A stretch of DNA of 63,995 bases, filler included, from Thelocarpon superellum (lineage: Eukaryota), in assembly GCA_026025795.1 (NCBI GenBank). It is 5 parts of 5 records of this genome, joined end to end, with 100 filler letters (N's around TTAATTAATTAA, not from the genome) between each part and the next. Parts side by side here need not be neighbours in the genome. Positions count along the whole stretch, not along the records: positions 39,247 to 52,166 come from JAPEUG010000472.1; 4 more parts are not named here. One strand, 5' to 3'. The notes beneath the pieces are model-generated. The model was not told where the DNA came from and made no database searches. It saw only the letters and a program-made list of their open reading frames with translations. Position numbers and translations under genes: made by a program. Positions 39,878 to 51,271 of this stretch are shown here, in pieces. Position 1 is the first letter of the stretch. Each line of letters starts with the position of its first letter.

Positions 39878-40258
39878 GGGGGCCAGGAGCGACGACAGTC
39901 GACCATCCATTCAGCGCGCTTACTCCTGTCCGTTTCGAGAAGCTAAGATTATCGTTGGACGTCGCAGCTCCTGGCCCCCGCATCTATTGGAGGGACAGTG
40001 TAATATCTCAACAATAGATGAGTATGTCGACCATATATTCTGTAGCCAGGGGGCCAGGAGCCGCGACGTCCAACGACAGACCTAGCGTCCATACTCGTGG
40101 TCGTATAGGAGAGATAAAATACGCGGTCCAGCGTAGCGGGTCCTGACCCCCACCACTCGTTCTCGCAGGAGGTCTCTGAGAGACAATCTCAACAAAAGTA
40201 GAGTCGAGCAGAAGATGGAAACGGGGGCCATGAAGCAGCGACGTTGAACGATCGACTT
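39878..40258. repeat. Cluster of four copies (mixed orientation) of a ~37-nt dispersed repeat, including a 28-bp inverted repeat
   Basis: Copies at 39878-39914 (-, diverged), 39943-39979 (+), 40049-40076 (-) and 40223-40258 (-). Core ATCGT(C/T)G(A/G)ACGTCGCAGC. Confidence 0.75.
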
Positions 40259-40623
40259 CATCTCCTTGTACTCACGTACTCGTCCGAGTACGTCCCCACT
40301 CATACTTCCGTTCCCGGCTAGATCCAACTCAATTCGGCATTACCGACCCTCAGCAATCAAGGGGGCCCCCAGACCGGCACGAACGAGCAGCGACGCAGCC
40401 TTGCGGCGGGACGGGACAGACTAGCAGATCATCAAAGAAGCGACGACGAGAAGTGGTGACCACGACGGCCGTCGCTCCATCGCTCCCTCGCTCCCTCGCT
40501 CTCTACCCTCCACTCCTGCGATGTGTGACCGGATGTGGCAGGCGATCCGAGACTATGCATGGTGACATGTTGTAACTTGGCCCACCTCGATGCATCAGCT
40601 CCAGTCCAGACGTGACATGCGCA

Positions 40624-41985
40624 ATGGTCATGGTCGACCGGGGTCGACCTCGACCGTCGACATTCCCTCTCCACGTGCCCTGGCTGCTTTGGCTCCAGTT
40701 CGTCCTGACCGTCTGCTGCACCGCCCACACCACCCTCTCCGATGACGTGCTCCGCCATCTCCCCGACGGCTCGGCCGACTTTGACATCCACCACGGCGCC
40801 CTCCTGGCTCCCATCCTTCGTCCACGGGTCCCCGGCACGCCGGGCTCGACGGCGGTGCTGAACCACTTTGTGGACTTTTTCCGCACGACGCTCCCGCAAT
40901 GGAACGTGGAGTTTCAGAACTCGACGTCCACGACGCCCGTGACGGGCGACCAGGAGGTGCCGTTTGTGAATCTGATTGCCACGCGAGATCCACCGTGGGC
41001 GGCCGTGGGCGAGGTGGAACGATTGACCCTGGTGGCGCACTACGACAGCAAGATGAAGCCGGATGGATTCATCGGCGCCACGGATAGTGCGGCGCCATGC
41101 GCCATGATCATGCATGCCGCGCGCAGCGTGGACGCGGCGCTGACGAAGAAGTGGGAGCGCATGCAGGCGGATGGAATCGGCAAAGACGGGTTCGGATGGA
41201 TGGAGGAAGAGCGAGGACTGCAGATCTTATTTCTGGACGGCGAAGAAGCCTTTCTCTCTTGGACGCAGACGGACTCGTTGTACGGCGCGAGGCGAGTAGG
41301 CGTCTTGTCCGATCAAGCTTCAAACTCCCCTCTAACCGTGGCATCCAGATCGCTGGCGGAAACATGGGAGCACACGGCCCATCCGGCCCTATCCACCTAC
41401 CACAACCCGCTCTCCTCAATCTCCCTCTTTGTCCTACTCGACCTCCTCGGGTCATCGAGCCCCAGCGTCCCCTCCTACTTCCGCACCACGCACTGGGCGT
41501 ACGCCAACATGGCGGAACTCGAATCCCGCCTCCGCCTCCTCGACCGATTCCACTCGTCGCCCAACCACCCATCCAAGCGCACTCCACCCTCTTCCAACGC
41601 GCATCCACCATACAAGCGGGCCACCGAACCCGCCTTTCTGCGGGACAAGGCGTACTCGTCGCGCACGTTCGGGATCGAAGACGACCACCTCCCGTTCCTG
41701 CACCGCGGCGTGGACATTCTGCATCTGATCCCGAGCCCCTTTCCGCACGTCTGGCACGACCTCTCGGACGACGGGGAGCATCTTGATCTCGACACCGTGG
41801 CCGATTGGGCTACGCTGGTCACGGCGTTCGTGGCCGACTGGCTGGAACTCGATTCCTTTTTGGATACGGCAGCGACGGCGATGGAGAAGGAGAAGGAGAA
41901 AGAGAGGGGGAATGCGGATGTGAAGGGAGCAAAGGGCGTGAGAGGTGTCCAGGCTAGAATTGTAAGTTCTCGGACGGAATTATGA
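40624..41985 (+). CDS. Glutaminyl-peptide cyclotransferase (peptidase M28 family)
   Basis: Motifs PRVPGTPGS, LVAHYDSK, GATDSAAPC, DGEEAF, DSLYGAR, LLDLLG, IEDDHLPF and WH. Signal peptide and C-terminal RTEL. One 57-nt GC-AG intron at 41292-41348. Confidence 0.92.
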   Translation: MVMVDRGRPRPSTFPLHVPWLLWLQFVLTVCCTAHTTLSDDVLRHLPDGSADFDIHHGALLAPILRPRVPGTPGSTAVLNHFVDFFRTTLPQWNVEFQNSTSTTPVTGDQEVPFVNLIATRDPPWAAVGEVERLTLVAHYDSKMKPDGFIGATDSAAPCAMIMHAARSVDAALTKKWERMQADGIGKDGFGWMEEERGLQILFLDGEEAFLSWTQTDSLYGARRVGVLSDQASNSPLTVASRSLAETWEHTAHPALSTYHNPLSSISLFVLLDLLGSSSPSVPSYFRTTHWAYANMAELESRLRLLDRFHSSPNHPSKRTPPSSNAHPPYKRATEPAFLRDKAYSSRTFGIEDDHLPFLHRGVDILHLIPSPFPHVWHDLSDDGEHLDLDTVADWATLVTAFVADWLELDSFLDTAATAMEKEKEKERGNADVKGAKGVRGVQARIVSSRTEL

Positions 41986-42142
41986 TGCGTCTTGGTACCA
42001 GTTTCAGCGGGTCTGTAGCCTGTCTGAGTCTGTAGTATTTTTTCGTGTCTATCACCTACCTTGCGTTACGTTACGTTGCGTTGCGTCCGTGTACGAGTAT
42101 GAGCATGAGGATGAACATGCGCACATAGCGAGGGGAGAGGTA

Positions 42143-43798
42143 TCAATCCTCCTCGGCTTTCCTCTTCCCTCTTCGCCTCCCCTTTTCCTTTGCCGTGCCC
42201 TTCTGTTTCGTGAGTCGCGTAGGGGATGACGATGCCTGCGTAGGTCCCCGCCACCCTCTTCGTCGTGGAATAGGAACAAGGTAGAAATCGGTATGGACAC
42301 CTCCCTCTCCCTCTTCTTCATCCTCTCCATCTTCCTCTCCTCTCTCTTCCATCTCGTCACTCTCTTCATCCCCTCCGACCAGGACTTCACGCCCAGCTGC
42401 ATCTTCAGGAAGAGGAAGAGGATCCCCCTCGCTCAAAGCACGAAACGTCATCTCCTCGCCAAAGAGAACCGAGCATCGTCCCGCCGCCGCCTGGACAACG
42501 CGCGCGTCCCATCCCCGCGTCATGGACGCGACGCCGAGCACGTCGCTCCAGTCGCGAAGACCGAGACGCGCGAGGCGTGTCTGATGCACGCTTCTGCCCC
42601 TGCTTCGGCTCCTGCTCCTTTCCGCGCTTCTGTCTGTGCGGCTGCCCCTGCTTGTGCTTCGGCCGAGACTGAAGCCGGGCGTGGAAGAAGCCTCAATGGA
42701 TTCACCCTCACTCTCGCTTGCAGACTCGTCGTGGGCCTGTCGCTTTCGTGGCGCTCGCGAGTGTGCGCGCTTCGACGAGGCCGTGGCGGATGCAGATCGG
42801 CTCGCTGACGCTGACGCTGACGCTGACGCTGTCGTCGTCTCCGCTTCTGGTGTCGTGGCGCCCGGCGAGGCAGAGGTGCCCCAGGCATAGGCGCTCCGTG
42901 CCTTGTGTAGACCCTGTAGCGTGTCGTCGAGCTTTGAGAGGACGTGACGGACGGCGGGACGTAGGATCTCAGACGCTTGGGCGTCGTCGGCCATGATCAC
43001 CGGGCGTAGGCCTGGTGCTGCGTCGTCATCTTCCACCTCCCATTCTCGCTCCTCGAATCGTTTCCGCGCCCTCTTGAGCACCTCGGCTGTAATCAACTCT
43101 TCCAGCAGATGGCTGGGCTTGTGTCTGTCCTTCCTCTTGACCCGCCATCTCTCCACGTCTGGGTCTTGTTTCCATCCCACTGCTTCTTCTCCCTCTCGCG
43201 GTACCATGTCAGGCGGGAGAGGCCAGGCGGTCCATTGCTTCCCTGGACGAAAGGCTTCTTCTTCCTCCTGCCCTTCTTCGCGTTCCAACTCTCCCTCCCA
43301 CCGCTCCTTGGAAGCCCACGATGGCACACCCACGCCTGCCTCGGTCCGTCGGAGCCTCGCCCGCAGCCGGTGCGCACAGTACAGATGCAGACTCAGATCC
43401 GACGCACGTTGCTGGTCCAGAGAGGCAGCTAGGAGGCGTTCGGGCTCCGTCCAGCTTCGCCACGTCGATGCTGGACCACGGTAGCGGTTTGGTCGGGAGG
43501 CGTCGGACGTGCTGTCTCCGCCGTCGGATTCTCTTGAGCGTGGTACGTGATCGGGGGGGTCCTCGTCTGAACTGTCCGCGTCGGGTTGGGTCTCCGGGTC
43601 TTCTTCATCGCGTGCCCCACCAGGGAGCGTCAGTGGGTCAAGCTGGGCCGAGGGCGGCGGTTGGCTTTCATCTGGGTTATCCTCCATCAGCGGCGGGGAA
43701 GGATCGCTGGCACCTCGACCTGTCCCTTCCCAGCTTGACGTGTAGGGATCTACGGCGTGCTGTGAAGATCGGTTAGTTGAGTTACGTCTCAGCGTCAT
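42143..43798 (-). CDS. RRN9: RNA polymerase I upstream activation factor Rrn9-domain protein
   Basis: Motifs RPNRYRGPASTW...ERLLAASLDQQRASDLSLHLYCAHRLR and WTAWPL, plus C-terminal GLRDWSDVLGVASM...RCSVLFGE. The start codon is uncertain (43798 or 43687). Confidence 0.75.
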   Translation of the reverse strand: MTLRRNSTNRSSQHAVDPYTSSWEGTGRGASDPSPPLMEDNPDESQPPPSAQLDPLTLPGGARDEEDPETQPDADSSDEDPPDHVPRSRESDGGDSTSDASRPNRYRGPASTWRSWTEPERLLAASLDQQRASDLSLHLYCAHRLRARLRRTEAGVGVPSWASKERWEGELEREEGQEEEEAFRPGKQWTAWPLPPDMVPREGEEAVGWKQDPDVERWRVKRKDRHKPSHLLEELITAEVLKRARKRFEEREWEVEDDDAAPGLRPVIMADDAQASEILRPAVRHVLSKLDDTLQGLHKARSAYAWGTSASPGATTPEAETTTASASASASASRSASATASSKRAHSRAPRKRQAHDESASESEGESIEASSTPGFSLGRSTSRGSRTDRSAERSRSRSRGRSVHQTRLARLGLRDWSDVLGVASMTRGWDARVVQAAAGRCSVLFGEEMTFRALSEGDPLPLPEDAAGREVLVGGDEESDEMEERGEEDGEDEEEGEGGVHTDFYLVPIPRRRGWRGPTQASSSPTRLTKQKGTAKEKGRRRGKRKAEED

Positions 43799-44587
43799 TG
43801 CGTGCCCCCGAGGCGAGTGTGTGGAGAGTGATGGCGTTCAGAAGATCCACCTTGACGCTCGACCATCTTTCCCCCTCGATACACATTGTCGTTGGGGTAG
43901 GGTTGACATGTTGTCCGGCTCTTGTCCGGCTCTTGTCCGCCTGCCGCTCCCCTTTACTCTATGTTCCTTTCTCACTCCCCGTGTGCCTCCGTACCGAGAT
44001 GGGCGTCAGGAGGACACCCGCACAGTACTGACGCACCCCGGTAACTACACTTGAGATGGGTGGTCTATTCCACGGAAGCTATCCGTCGTTCTACTATACA
44101 GCTATTGTGGGTCACGTGCAGCGGCTTACTCAGAAGCCTCGAGCTCCCGTATGGAGCCTCCACAGTACGAATACCACCTTGCTCACACGAATCCTTAGAC
44201 TGGGAAGCCGCACCACCCATCTGTTCTGCCCTGAGGGGGAACCCACTTATTTGCCTTTCCAAAAAGAGCACTGTATTTTCGACTTCGAGCGCTGGCCTGA
44301 TCACTCGAACAAGCGGAGCTCCGTCTTGGTGTGCGGCACGAATCGTGCTATTACTCACAAAGCGAATAGGCCGAATGAAGACCGAACGAAGGGAACGCGT
44401 TGGGAATCAAATCAATGGGATCAGGAAGAAGCCCATCCTCGATATGCTCCATCATGACCACTATACCCACCATGCTCCTCCAAGTCACTGCAACCAACCC
44501 AATTTTCCATTTGCCCCGTGGTCAATCATCCAACGGAGGCCATTCCACGTATACCGTGCACTCGCTCTCACTCATGGGTATCAAGTG

Positions 44588-47500
44588 TCACATCCAGAAC
44601 AACCAGCGCACCGCGCGGACAAACCCACCCACCGATCCCCGAACCAACCGAATGGCCACCACGATCAACCACACCCACCACATGGCGCCCAACAGCGTCC
44701 ATTCCAAGAGCACGTAGGCGAATCGCCGTAACCATCGGAAGCGTCGCCGTCGGCGCCGCGCGATGAGATCCAATGCGTCGTTGAGCTGCTTGAGCGCCAA
44801 CGTGTGCGTCGTCGACAGTTCCGCGTTCAGGGCGTCCGCGTCGTCGGCCGCTGCGCGTGCAGTCGGACTGATCTTGTGATTCACCCGGTCGGTGCTCGCC
44901 CTGATCTGGCCCAGCAGTCGCGCCACCGTCGTGTCGCTGAACCGCGTCGCCGCCTGTTCAAAGGCTCGCATCGTCGCGTCCATCTCTCGCGTCTCCACCT
45001 GCGCCACCATCATATGATGCTGTGACCGGGAGCCTCGCAGCGTGGGCCAGTCCGACGGCGACTTCAGTAATGACCGAGGCACCGGCGCCACCTCGTCTCC
45101 GAGCCGCACAATCTCACGCGCCTTGACTCCCGACGACAGCAACAAGGCCCGCACGCGGATGGTCTCGCGCGGATCAGCGGGCGCGCGCGACACCGAGAGC
45201 TCTCGATCGGAGATGCTCCAGTGCCGCCCGCCCGCTGGCCCCGACCGCGAGAGCGGCCGTTGCGTCGCAGAGGCGTCCAACCGGGCCAGACCCGTCATGG
45301 GATACGAATGGCGCACGCCCGCCCGCCCGGGAAATCCAAGCGCCGCATTGAGTCGAGAGTCGGCATCGCGCACGCCGTCATGTGAAGGGGCAACGGCGGC
45401 ATTGGCCTCCCGACCAAAGCCAAAGCTACTTCGCCGAGACTCCACGTCGGAGACAGCCGAGTCCTTTGCATCGCCTTGACGCGCAGGCACCGTGTCCGCA
45501 GTCGGCAGATCAATACGTGTTGGCGGCGGTCGGCCAAAGCGAGGCGATCGCAGTTGGTGCCGTGGCTCTTGTGGCGGCCGGGGGAGTGGCTCGTTGGAGG
45601 CCGTGCCCGTGCCCGTGCCCGTGCTCATGCCCGCCGTCTTCCGCTCGTCTTCTGAAAGACACGTCACGTCCGACGGCTGCCGTGAACGGAGACTAGGCCG
45701 ATCGCGACCGGCGATGTTGCGAATCCCCGGGTCGTGCTCGTCGCGAATCCGGTGGCGGGAACTGGCGTTGGTGGCCCGGCGCCGCAGTCCCGGACGCTCC
45801 TCCTCCACATCCGACGCATCGGACTTGACACTAGACGCCGTCGATGAGACCGTCGGAGTCAGATGATTGTCCTTCTTGCTGAGAAAGTCGCCCACCCGAG
45901 ACACCTCCGTTCGCACAATCTCCTCGAGCCGGCCACCCTTGAAGAAGCTTCGAAGTCGCGAGCCTTCGGGCTCACGGTCGCCCCGCTCGCCTCGCGGCCG
46001 CCGCGTCTCCACCTCCACGCCAAGTCCCTCACTCGTGCGGCGGGACGTCGGCCTCTTGACCAGACTCGTCGCCCGCGGCCGAGCCTTGCCGGCGTGAGAT
46101 GCCTCACGTACCGAAGGTCGGTCCTGGTCCGAGACCACGCGCTTGCGGTCTATGGGATCCGTGACCTTTCGGCTCGGCGAGACCGCTCGGCTATCGGGTA
46201 GCGACAGATCCAAAGCGATGCTAGGGATGAAGCCTTTGGGAACCTGCGCGCCAAGAGCGGCGTTCAGGACCTGCGGTGAGTTGGGTGCGGTGCTGTCAAG
46301 CCCATCCATGGACACACGTGTGGGACCCACGCCGTCCGGGCTGGCACTTCCCCGACCACGCTCCGCCTCGGGCTCCGGTGCCGGGGCGGAGCGCGAGTCA
46401 GGCCGTCCGTGTGGGCGCTGGGCGGATTTCACATCAGGACTGCTGCTGCTCACGACCCTGGATTGATGGCCATCCTTCACCGGCGACTGCCCGAGCGGCT
46501 TCTGCGGCGAGACGCGGAGCGGAGAGTGAATCCCATTCAACGGCGCCCAGTCCTCTCTGCCCACCTCTTTCTCTAGCATGGCCATCATGCGCTGCTCCAA
46601 CATCACGCTATCGCCCGTGTCGAAGACGTCGGTGGAGGGCTCCGGGAAGCCCGTCCGTCCCCGACCGGCCCCGTCATTCGAGTTGGTCGAGGTGGAGGAG
46701 CTGCGCGAATGACCCTTCTCGCGTGCCCACGGGTGGAGGCGAGTCCGGGGCTCGTCGTCCGCCTCGCGGCGCTTGCTTCGGTCGCGTAAGCGGGACCGTC
46801 GCCAGCTGCGAAAGCCACCGCTGTCCCGGTCTTGGTCGGGCGAGGACTTGGCGGCCAGGCGGTTGACGGGCACGTCAGGCGCCGCCTGCCGCGGCTCGTC
46901 GGAGCTGCCACGCGCGGACCCCGGGTCTGGTTTGGACGATGCCGGAAAGATCTTGTGCCAGTGCTGATCTTCGATCAGCTCCTTGTGTGTGTCTTGTTCC
47001 AGCCAGTACGCGTCCGCCAAGCACTCGGCGGGCGTGATGCTCCAGTCATTCCGTGGACGTTTCTGCTTCGCGTTGCCGCCTCCCCATGGCGGGCCGGAGT
47101 TGGGTGAATTTGGGGGGCTGGTGGATTCCGGCTCCGCGTCCGGGAAAGAAGGCAGCCGCACGCGATGCCCGTTACGAAAGGTAGGAAGGGTGGATTCTTC
47201 TTCGACCTGATCCACCCAAGCTTTGACTTTGGTGAGATCGGTCCACCCGTCTCGCTCCGGGTCCACGGGCATCTTCTCGCGCGCGCGGGTTTTCCGGTTG
47301 CGGACACACTGCAGCGGATTGTACGGTCGACTCTCGAACCCCCCCGCTCCCGTGCCCGACGTCGAGCGGGAGAGAGGACGAATGAATTCCAGTGTGACGG
47401 GTGAACTCGGTGCGGTAGAAAAGGAGCCGACTGGGTCAGCTGGCTGCGGTCGGAGGGGAGGCAGGTATTGTAGGAGGTGTTTGTACATGGCGGAGAGTTC

Positions 47501-48457
47501 AAGCGCGGCCTTGGCCTTCTCGGCACGGGCGAGCGTAGCGGCGGAGAAGGTGTATTCCACGTCACGTTCCGACTCCCACGGAAAGGTCGTGGTGTTCTCA
47601 GGGTATGTGCGAATGCTCAGGTGGTTGTGAGCTTCATGATGCGATCTACTCTGGCTCGGGCTCGACCTGCGGTCGCCGCTGGGAGAATGGTTCCGGGGCG
47701 ACGGTCGTTCTTGTCTTGAATATCGCAGACTTCCCCCAGTCGAGCCGGGGCTCGAGGTGGGAGCGGCGGCGGAGACGGTGCGATGGCCGTGGAGGGAGCC
47801 ACTCCCCAACCGGGTCAGGTTTGCGCTCCTCCGTCGGCTTTCGCTCAGGCTCAAGGCGAGATTGACAATCTGGGCGGGATCGGCATCGATACCGATGGAA
47901 GGGGCCGAGGTATGTCGGGCAGAGACCGGGTCGTGCCCCTCGGAGCGAGCTTGTATCTTCCGTCCACTTCCTGCACCTGCACCTGCGCCATCATAGACTT
48001 GGACTGCGCCGTGAGCCAAGGGATCATGGTCGACACGGACGGCGGGCGGAGTGACGGTGGTGACTTGAGTTGCCAGCGGCGAGCCCCCGAGCGACGTCGA
48101 CTGGGCCGAGCGATGCCGCCGATGGGCCGCGGGCGGGGTGGGTAGCGGCCCAGCGTTCGATCCACCACTCCGGCTCTTCCCCTTCTCCGTCTTGCGTGAT
48201 TTGGACACGGGTAAGAATACATGGCCCGATGCGTTCGTCGCAAGATCCGTGTCGAGCAGAAAGCCGCCCGAGCCTTTGGTGCGGTGTCGTCCTTTGATCG
48301 AGTGTCGGCCTAGACCATACCGGTCGTCCTCCGAGTCGCCCCGGCGTCGATCGTGGAGGGCGGCGTCCGGGTCGAGCATGGATGCCGCGCTCGAGGCCGA
48401 GCCCGAGCCCGAGAGGTTGGACGATGGTCCCTTCAGTCCCGTCGACGACTCGGACAT
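44588..48457 (-). CDS. MTC4: Mtc4-like protein (maintenance of telomere capping 4)
   Basis: Motifs RPYNPLQCVRNRK.R and DWSITPAECLADAYW, and a C-terminal hydrophobic segment (FAYVLLEWTLLGAMWWVWLIVV). Likely start MSESSTG at 48457; the ORF stays open to 48685. Confidence 0.75.
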   Translation of the reverse strand: MSESSTGLKGPSSNLSGSGSASSAASMLDPDAALHDRRRGDSEDDRYGLGRHSIKGRHRTKGSGGFLLDTDLATNASGHVFLPVSKSRKTEKGKSRSGGSNAGPLPTPPAAHRRHRSAQSTSLGGSPLATQVTTVTPPAVRVDHDPLAHGAVQVYDGAGAGAGSGRKIQARSEGHDPVSARHTSAPSIGIDADPAQIVNLALSLSESRRRSANLTRLGSGSLHGHRTVSAAAPTSSPGSTGGSLRYSRQERPSPRNHSPSGDRRSSPSQSRSHHEAHNHLSIRTYPENTTTFPWESERDVEYTFSAATLARAEKAKAALELSAMYKHLLQYLPPLRPQPADPVGSFSTAPSSPVTLEFIRPLSRSTSGTGAGGFESRPYNPLQCVRNRKTRAREKMPVDPERDGWTDLTKVKAWVDQVEEESTLPTFRNGHRVRLPSFPDAEPESTSPPNSPNSGPPWGGGNAKQKRPRNDWSITPAECLADAYWLEQDTHKELIEDQHWHKIFPASSKPDPGSARGSSDEPRQAAPDVPVNRLAAKSSPDQDRDSGGFRSWRRSRLRDRSKRREADDEPRTRLHPWAREKGHSRSSSTSTNSNDGAGRGRTGFPEPSTDVFDTGDSVMLEQRMMAMLEKEVGREDWAPLNGIHSPLRVSPQKPLGQSPVKDGHQSRVVSSSSPDVKSAQRPHGRPDSRSAPAPEPEAERGRGSASPDGVGPTRVSMDGLDSTAPNSPQVLNAALGAQVPKGFIPSIALDLSLPDSRAVSPSRKVTDPIDRKRVVSDQDRPSVREASHAGKARPRATSLVKRPTSRRTSEGLGVEVETRRPRGERGDREPEGSRLRSFFKGGRLEEIVRTEVSRVGDFLSKKDNHLTPTVSSTASSVKSDASDVEEERPGLRRRATNASSRHRIRDEHDPGIRNIAGRDRPSLRSRQPSDVTCLSEDERKTAGMSTGTGTGTASNEPLPRPPQEPRHQLRSPRFGRPPPTRIDLPTADTVPARQGDAKDSAVSDVESRRSSFGFGREANAAVAPSHDGVRDADSRLNAALGFPGRAGVRHSYPMTGLARLDASATQRPLSRSGPAGGRHWSISDRELSVSRAPADPRETIRVRALLLSSGVKAREIVRLGDEVAPVPRSLLKSPSDWPTLRGSRSQHHMMVAQVETREMDATMRAFEQAATRFSDTTVARLLGQIRASTDRVNHKISPTARAAADDADALNAELSTTHTLALKQLNDALDLIARRRRRRFRWLRRFAYVLLEWTLLGAMWWVWLIVVAIRLVRGSVGGFVRAVRWLFWM

Positions 48458-49466
48458 AATGGCGGCATCGAGGGGCCTGCTATCGATAGAGCCACCATGG
48501 ATGTGGGGCGGCGCGGCTGTCCGGACGAGATCGTCACCCGGTCCGCACGGTCGCGGGCCTGCATCTAGACGTCTCAGTGGAAGATGGGTGCAGGACAAGT
48601 TCCGCGGGGTCGTGGTGGAGCTTTGGGGGAGCGGGGAGGCGGTGGCAGGGGGGTAGTGCTGTCTAGCTAGAGGTCTAGAGGTCATTTAATGATGCCCTGA
48701 CTCCGACGCTCGGTTCCATGTGATCGGTCGGGCGGGCCCCTGGTCATGTGACCTGCATGATGCCCGACACCGGCGAAACCAGCGGTCCCAATCCTGTCTG
48801 CCCACCGGTCGCGAGCCTGACCTGGCATGCCATCGTCTCGAATCTTACAGCTGCGTGAATTTATGAGGTAGGCGCGAACACTTTCATCGAACGTCTCAAT
48901 CTTTGCGGTGAGCTGGCCGCTTGTGTGACCGCCATTTCGTGGGGTGCTCGAATTCCTGCGCCTGTGGCCGTTTCTGCACCTATTCGAGTCCGGTCCCCCA
49001 TCGCCACCCCTACCTGAGTCGTCGCAGTGATCGAAAAGTGGTAAATTAGCCCGTTGCGAGACTTGGTCACGGAATCGATTCAGCATCTACCCGAGCCTAG
49101 GGATGGCTTTAGGTAAGAGTCTCTAAGCTCTCTGATAGTGCCAGGGGGACCTGGTCACTGCACTAAGCAAGCCAGAGCACCAGCCGGGTCCTTGTCCCCT
49201 TCTGTACAAGTGCTTTTCCCAGCCGAGGGCTCGTTATGGTGGGTGCAACTTTCGAGCGGCCAGGCGGTCAGGCGCCGAAACCATATGCAACGGCTCCTTC
49301 TTCTACACGTCGACAACGTGACGATCATTCCCGAACGTTTTGCCCACCTAAGAACCGGACCAACATGAATTTGATCTGGCCTCCGTCGGACTTGAAGCCT
49401 CGCACTATTCGTAATATGGTACATGCAACGAGAACAGAGACATCGTCAAGGGCAAGAAAGTAGAGG

Positions 49467-51271
49467 TCAAGTGCCCTCGAGGGGTAGGCCCATTCCTCCT
49501 AACGTGACCATCTTCACCGTCTGATACTCGTCGATGCCATACTTGCTCCCTTCACGGCCAAAACCGCTCTGCTTGACCCCGCCGAATCTGAGAAAGTCAG
49601 CGAACCGACAGAACATGCCCATGCCGTCTTGGGGCGGACGGGGAAACACTCACGGAGCGGCAGCATCACTGATCAATCCCGTATTGACCCCGACCATGCC
49701 CACCTCCAGTGCCTCCGCGATGCGCCAGATGCGTTGCACATCCTGACTGAACAGGTAGGCAGCCAGGCCCACGTCCGTCTGGTTGGCCAGGGTCACCACT
49801 TCCTGCTCCGTGGCAAACGGAAAGAGGCCGGCAACGGGGCCAAAAGTCTCGTCGCTGGCAAGCTGCATTTCGGCATGCATCCCGGTGATGACAGTTGGTT
49901 GAAAGAAATTCGCCCCATGCTCGGGCATCTTCTGCCCGCCCACCAACACCTGCCCGCCCTTGGATGTGGCATCCTGCACATGCTGTTCCACCTTGGCCAC
50001 CGCGCGGTCATGGATGAGGGGCCCGTGCGTGGTGCCATCACCGTATCCCGAGCCAACCTTGAACCCCTTGACTTTGGCGGCAAGCTTCTCGGCGAAGCGG
50101 TCGTAGATACCGCGTTGCACGTAGATCCGATTCGCACAGACACACGTTTGCCCTGAGCTGCGAAACTTGCTGGCGATGGCACCGTCCACGGCCTGGTCAA
50201 GGTGCGCGTCATCGAAGACGATGAAGGGTGCATTGCCGCCCAGCTCGAACGAGACTTTCTTGAGAGTGTCAGCACACTGCTTCATGAGCAGCTTCCCTAC
50301 CCCGGTGGAGCCGGTGAAAGACACTTTCTTGACGGTGGCACTCGAGGTGAGCGTGGCACCGACCACGGCCGTGTTCTTGAGTGCCGTCACAAAGTTGACC
50401 ACGCCGTGAGGAATGCCCGCGCGATGGGCCAGCTCCGCCAGAGCAAGCGAGGTAAAGGGGGTTTCCCCTGGAGCCTTGGCGACCACGGTGCAGCCCGCGG
50501 CCAGGGCAGGACCGATCTTACGGGTGATCATGGCGGCAGGAAAGTTCCAGCTGTAGCCACCCCGGATTAGTACCATGGTGGTGAGGATCAGGGGAGAGCC
50601 GGGCCAGCTCACGGTGTGATGAGACCACACACCCCCACGGGTTGCTTCACCGTGACGATCCGGTTGCCCGGGACCGTGGACGGAATGTGGTCGCCGTAGG
50701 TCCGCGGCGCCTCCTCACTGAACCACTCGAAAAAGGAGGCAGCGTAGGTGGCCTCCCCCCGGGCATCAGCCAAAGGCTTCCCATTCTCCCAGGTAATCAG
50801 GGTCGCGATATCATCGAGATTCTCCACCATCAACTCGTACCACTTCCGGAGCAGTCGTGCACGCTCACGACCAGTCCGAGCACGAAAGGAGGGCAAGGCG
50901 GAGGCTGCGGCGGCGATGGCGCCTTCTGTGTCGGCCGCGTCGAATTCAGGACAAGTCCCGATGACCTCCATCGACGCCGGGTCTGTCCTCGTCGTGGCGA
51001 ATCAGCAACGGCAGGTGGTTGACGTTCGTAGTCCGCGTCACATACCTTGGACCTCGAAGGTCTGGCCCGATTTGGCCGTGACCCATTGACCGTTGACATA
51101 GCACTCATGTCTCAAGAGTGACTTGTCTTTCAACTGTTACACCGGCATCAGCCTGCGTTTTGCCTTGCACGGGCGAGATGCAATGGCAGGCACCGCTTCA
51201 ACGTGGCTAAGCAATGGTCTGCGGCGTGTGATGGGCAGCGGTCACCTTACCTCCGGTACGGTGTGCGACAT
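49467..51271 (-). CDS. UGA2: Succinate-semialdehyde dehydrogenase, multi-exon
   Basis: MSHTVPE | LKDKSLL...ENGKPLADA...[14 protein letters not shown]...[10 protein letters not shown]...ELGGNAPF...GQTCVCANR...ETFGP...[17 protein letters not shown]. Confidence 0.93.
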
